DNA of 15,914 nucleotides from a virus (Duplodnaviria; Heunggongvirae; Uroviricota; Caudoviricetes): IMG/VR virus record IMGVR_UViG_2531839374_000021, positions 1 to 15,914 of that record; one strand, 5' to 3'. Shown piece by piece: positions 11,579 to 15,914 of this stretch (position 1 is its first letter; each line of letters starts with the position of its first letter). The notes under the pieces were generated by a model. It saw only the letters and a program-made list of their open reading frames with translations, ran no database searches and was not told where the DNA came from. The position numbers and the translations under genes were made by a program.

Positions 11579-12189
11579 GCAAGCACCTTAAAATCACCAT
11601 CATACACTAAATCAGTAAGTTGGCAGCATTACCCTTGCGTAGAAAGATAATCCGCATATTAATCTGACCATCATTTTATATAAGACGGCATATTTAAACG
11701 CATTATACAATATGGGTTATCTTTCTTTTGTAAATTGTCCAACCCGATGCAATGGCTATTTTGTTATTATTTGATGAATAATATCAGTGCGTCATAATTC
11801 AAGTTAATAACCTTAAGGGATACCAGTTATATTTAAACTAAATTAAAGTAATGAATAATTTTTTATAATATAAGGTAAATTAACAAAATGGCTTCGCATT
11901 TAACAATAACCGAATAGAAAACAACCATTTCGACATCAACAATCGCTTACATTCGCTTATATATTGACCACAACTGATACATCAGATTATGTGATGACTC
12001 GTGCTTAGATCAATTTTTGCAATCATTAGCAAAAAGATTAATAAACCATCTATATCAATTTATCCAACCTATTCTGCCGTTCAAGAAATCGCCGAACAGT
12101 TATTTTTAACAAATTTTTCTCTTCCCATTGACTTTCCCGGACACCTTGTCTGACCTAAGGTGCGCGAAAGCCACTTTTTCCTTCCTGAG

Positions 12190-12275
12190 TTATCCACAAA
12201 GTTATGCACTTGCAAGAGGGCCATTTTCACACTATCTTGCAGTGAATCCCAAACATACCCCCTATATATAGTGTT
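12190..12275 (+). promoter_or_regulatory. nrdAB promoter region: two DnaA boxes, candidate -35/-10, two NrdR boxes
   Basis: TTATCCACA (12190-12198) and TTATGCACT (12202-12210) match the DnaA-box pattern TTATNCACA. TTGCAA (12210-12215) + 17 bp + TATCTT (12233-12238). Palindromic NrdR-type boxes cacactatcttgcagtg (12228-12244) and ccctatatatagtgtt (12259-12275), about 31 bp apart. Confidence 0.65.
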
Positions 12276-12351
12276 CTAAGCAGCTTCCCGTACTACAGGT
12301 AGTCTGCATGAAACTATTGCGGAAAGAATTCCAAAAACAGGTACGACATAC

Positions 12352-14637
12352 ATGAATCAGAATCTGCTGGTGACAAAGCGCGACGGTAGCACAGAGCGCA
12401 TCAATCTCGACAAAATCCATCGCGTTCTGGATTGGGCGGCAGAAGGACTGCATAACGTTTCGATTTCCCAGGTCGAGCTGCGCTCCCACATTCAGTTTTA
12501 TGACGGTATCAAGACCTCTGACATCCACGAAACCATTATCAAGGCTGCCGCAGACCTGATCTCCCGTGATGCGCCGGATTATCAGTATCTCGCCGCGCGC
12601 CTGGCGATCTTCCACCTGCGTAAAAAAGCCTACGGCCAGTTTGAGCCGCCTGCGCTGTACGACCACGTGGTGAAAATGGTCGAGATGGGCAAATACGATA
12701 ATCATCTGCTGGAAGACTACACGGAAGAAGAGTTCAAGCAGATGGACACGTTTATCGATCACGACCGTGATATGACCTTCTCTTATGCTGCCGTTAAGCA
12801 GCTGGAAGGCAAATATCTGGTACAGAACCGCGTGACCGGCGAAATCTATGAGAGCGCCCAGTTCCTTTATATTCTGGTTGCCGCGTGCCTGTTCTCGAAC
12901 TACCCGCGTGAAACGCGCCTGCAATATGTGAAGCGTTTTTACGACGCGGTTTCCACATTTAAAATTTCGCTGCCGACGCCAATCATGTCCGGCGTGCGTA
13001 CCCCGACTCGTCAGTTCAGCTCCTGCGTACTGATCGAGTGCGGTGACAGCCTGGATTCCATCAACGCCACCTCCAGCGCGATTGTTAAATACGTTTCCCA
13101 GCGTGCCGGGATCGGCATCAACGCCGGGCGTATTCGTGCGCTGGGTAGCCCGATTCGCGGTGGTGAAGCGTTCCATACCGGCTGCATTCCGTTCTACAAA
13201 CATTTCCAGACAGCGGTGAAATCCTGCTCTCAGGGCGGTGTGCGCGGCGGTGCGGCAACGCTGTTCTACCCGATGTGGCATCTGGAAGTGGAAAGCCTGC
13301 TGGTGTTGAAAAACAACCGTGGTGTGGAAGGCAACCGCGTGCGTCATATGGACTACGGGGTACAAATCAACAAACTGATGTATACCCGTCTGCTGAAAGG
13401 TGAAGATATCACCCTGTTCAGCCCGTCCGACGTACCGGGGCTGTACGACGCGTTCTTCGCCGATCAGGAAGAGTTTGAACGTCTGTATACCAAATATGAG
13501 AAAGACGACAGCATCCGCAAGCAGCGTGTGAAAGCCGTTGAGCTGTTCTCGCTGATGATGCAGGAACGTGCGTCTACCGGTCGTATCTATATTCAGAACG
13601 TTGACCACTGTAATACCCATAGCCCGTTTGATCCGGCCATCGCGCCAGTGCGTCAGTCTAACCTGTGCCTGGAGATAGCCCTGCCGACCAAACCGCTGAA
13701 CGACGTCAACGACGAGAACGGTGAAATCGCGCTGTGTACGCTGTCTGCTTTCAACCTGGGCGCAATTAATAACCTGGATGAACTGGAAGAGCTGGCAATT
13801 CTGGCGGTTCGTGCACTTGACGCGCTGCTGGATTATCAGGATTACCCGATCCCGGCCGCCAAACGTGGAGCGATGGGTCGTCGTACGCTGGGTATTGGTG
13901 TGATCAACTTCGCTTACTACCTGGCGAAGCACGGTAAACGCTACTCCGACGGCAGCGCCAACAACCTGACGCATAAAACCTTCGAAGCGATTCAGTATTA
14001 CCTGCTGAAAGCGTCTAATGAGCTGGCTAAAGAGCAAGGCGCGTGCCCGTGGTTTAACGAAACCACTTACGCGAAAGGGATCCTGCCGATCGATACCTAT
14101 AAGAAAGATCTGGATGCCATCGCTAATGAGCCGCTGCATTACGACTGGGAAGCATTGCGTGAATCAATCAAAACGCACGGCCTGCGTAACTCCACGCTTT
14201 CTGCCCTGATGCCGTCCGAGACCTCTTCGCAGATCTCTAACGCCACTAACGGTATTGAACCGCCGCGCGGTTACGTCAGCATCAAAGCGTCGAAAGACGG
14301 TATTTTGCGCCAGGTGGTGCCGGACTACGAGCACCTGCACGACGCCTATGAGCTGCTGTGGGAAATGCCGGGTAACGATGGCTACCTGCAACTGGTAGGT
14401 ATCATGCAGAAATTTATCGATCAGTCGATCTCTGCTAACACCAACTACGATCCGTCACGTTTCCCGTCAGGAAAAGTGCCGATGCAGCAGTTGCTGAAAG
14501 ACCTGCTCACCGCCTACAAATTCGGGGTCAAAACGCTGTATTATCAGAACACCCGTGACGGCGCTGAAGACGCGCAGGACGATCTGGTACCGTCAATCCA
14601 GGACGATGGCTGCGAAAGCGGCGCATGTAAGATCTGA
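12352..14637 (+). CDS. nrdA: Class Ia ribonucleotide reductase alpha subunit
   Basis: 761 aa, [32 protein letters not shown]... (N-terminal ATP cone), catalytic NLCLEI cysteine region, C-terminal [10 protein letters not shown] redox cysteines. Confidence 0.98.
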
Positions 14638-14646
14638 TATTGAGAT

Positions 14647-14760
14647 GCCGGATGCAGCGTGAACGCCTTATCCGGCCTACGGCTCGGATTTGTAGGCCTG
14701 ATAAGACGCGCCAGCGTCGCATCAGGCACAGGATGCGGCGTAAAATGCCTTATCCGGCAT
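14647..14760. repeat. REP element cluster in the nrdA-nrdB intergenic region
   Basis: Three REP-like palindromic units (gccggatgcagcgtgaacgccttatccggcctac; gtaggcctgataagacgcgccagcgtcgcatcaggc; gatgcggcgtaaaatgccttatccggcat). Confidence 0.75.
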
Positions 14761-14783
14761 TAAACTCCCAACAGGACACACTC

Positions 14784-15914
14784 ATGGCATATACCACCTT
14801 TTCACAGACGAAAAATGATCAGCTCAAAGAACCGATGTTCTTTGGTCAGCCGGTCAACGTGGCCCGCTACGATCAGCAAAAATATGACATCTTCGAAAAG
14901 CTGATCGAAAAGCAGCTCTCTTTCTTCTGGCGTCCGGAAGAAGTTGACGTCTCCCGCGACCGTATCGATTACCAGGCGCTGCCGGAGCACGAAAAACACA
15001 TTTTTATCAGCAACCTGAAATATCAGACGCTGCTGGATTCCATTCAGGGTCGTAGTCCGAACGTGGCGCTATTGCCGCTTATTTCTATTCCGGAACTGGA
15101 AACCTGGGTCGAAACCTGGGCGTTCTCAGAAACGATTCATTCCCGTTCCTATACTCATATCATTCGTAATATCGTTAACGATCCGTCTGTTGTGTTTGAC
15201 GATATCGTCACCAACGAGCAGATCCAGAAACGTGCGGAAGGGATCTCCAGCTATTACGATGAACTGATCGAAATGACCAGCTACTGGCACCTTCTGGGCG
15301 AAGGCACCCACACCGTTAACGGTAAAACCGTAACCGTTAGCCTGCGCGAGCTGAAGAAAAAACTGTATCTTTGCCTGATGAGCGTTAACGCGCTGGAAGC
15401 GATCCGCTTCTACGTCAGCTTTGCTTGTTCCTTTGCCTTTGCAGAACGCGAATTGATGGAAGGCAACGCCAAAATTATTCGCCTGATTGCCCGCGACGAA
15501 GCCCTGCACCTGACCGGCACCCAGCATATGCTGAATCTGCTGCGCAGCGGCGCGGACGATCCTGAGATGGCGGAAATTGCCGAAGAGTGTAAGCAGGAGT
15601 GCTATGACCTGTTTGTTCAGGCAGCTCAACAGGAGAAAGACTGGGCGGATTATCTGTTCCGCGACGGTTCGATGATTGGTCTGAATAAAGACATTCTCTG
15701 CCAGTACGTTGAATACATCACCAATATCCGTATGCAGGCAGTCGGTTTGGATCTGCCGTTCCAGACGCGCTCCAACCCGATCCCGTGGATCAACACTTGG
15801 CTGGTGTCTGATAACGTGCAGGTTGCTCCGCAGGAAGTGGAAGTCAGTTCTTATCTGGTCGGGCAGATTGACTCGGAAGTGGACACCGACGATTTGAGTA
15901 ACTTCCAGCTCTGA
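14784..15914 (+). CDS. nrdB: Class Ia ribonucleotide reductase beta subunit (di-iron / tyrosyl radical)
   Basis: 376 aa, [54 protein letters not shown]...; ATG at 14784. The six-frame ORF start at 14640 is an upstream in-frame extension through the REP cluster. Confidence 0.97.

Larger units (their letters stand above)
10866..11633 (-). mobile_element. IS1 (iso-IS1 variant), copy 2, inverted relative to copy 1
   Basis: 768 bp; reverse complement begins ggtaatgctgccaacttactgatttagtg and ends ...aagttggagtcattacc. Intact insA, insB' frame and A6C slippery motif (ttaaaaaac, 11321-11329 on minus). 9-bp flanks differ (agcctgctg vs cttgcgtag). Confidence 0.9.

Noticed and set aside
11634-12150. 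Hidden small protein or toxin gene in the AT-rich region upstream of nrdA
   Set aside because: Only very short ORFs (20 codons or fewer) without convincing ribosome-binding sites. The region more likely serves as a regulatory leader for nrdA. Not excluded, but unsupported.
12262-14139. 625-aa minus-strand ORF overlapping the nrdA promoter and coding region
   Set aside because: It is antisense to nrdA, whose product is unambiguous. The translation is Arg/Val/Gln-rich with no domain features; shadow ORF.
14640-14783. N-terminal extension of nrdB through the REP cluster
   Set aside because: The translation (Arg-rich) is simply REP palindromes read in frame; the ATG at 14784 gives the canonical MAYTTFSQ start.

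Overview
This window reads as an enterobacterial core chromosome segment (E. coli/Shigella type, most likely a Shigella or similarly IS-laden lineage) carrying intact gyrA (-), ubiG (+), nrdA (+) and nrdB (+) in the K-12 gene order. I do not see a novel defence or other undescribed system; the interest lies in how insertion sequences have degraded everything around the essential genes. The left 3.8 kb is an IS scrapyard: the 3' part of an IS600-like element (1-554), a 5'-truncated phage tail-fiber-assembly remnant (706-1168), an iso-IS1 copy (1169-1938), a 33-codon orphan gene tail, a complete IS911 (2189-3437) inserted into the 5' part of an inverted IS600 (3438-3819), and a yfaA-like gene cut by that IS600. 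To the right, the yfaL-type autotransporter is a pseudogene with three lesions (IS1 truncation plus two in-frame TAG codons), abutted by a second, inverted iso-IS1 copy (10866-11633). None of the IS ends I could check carries a matching target-site duplication, which points to IS-mediated deletions or inversions rather than simple insertions. The nrdA promoter (DnaA boxes, paired NrdR boxes) and REP/BIME repeats are recognisable. IS and gene names are from memory of protein and terminal-repeat sequences, not from a database search.
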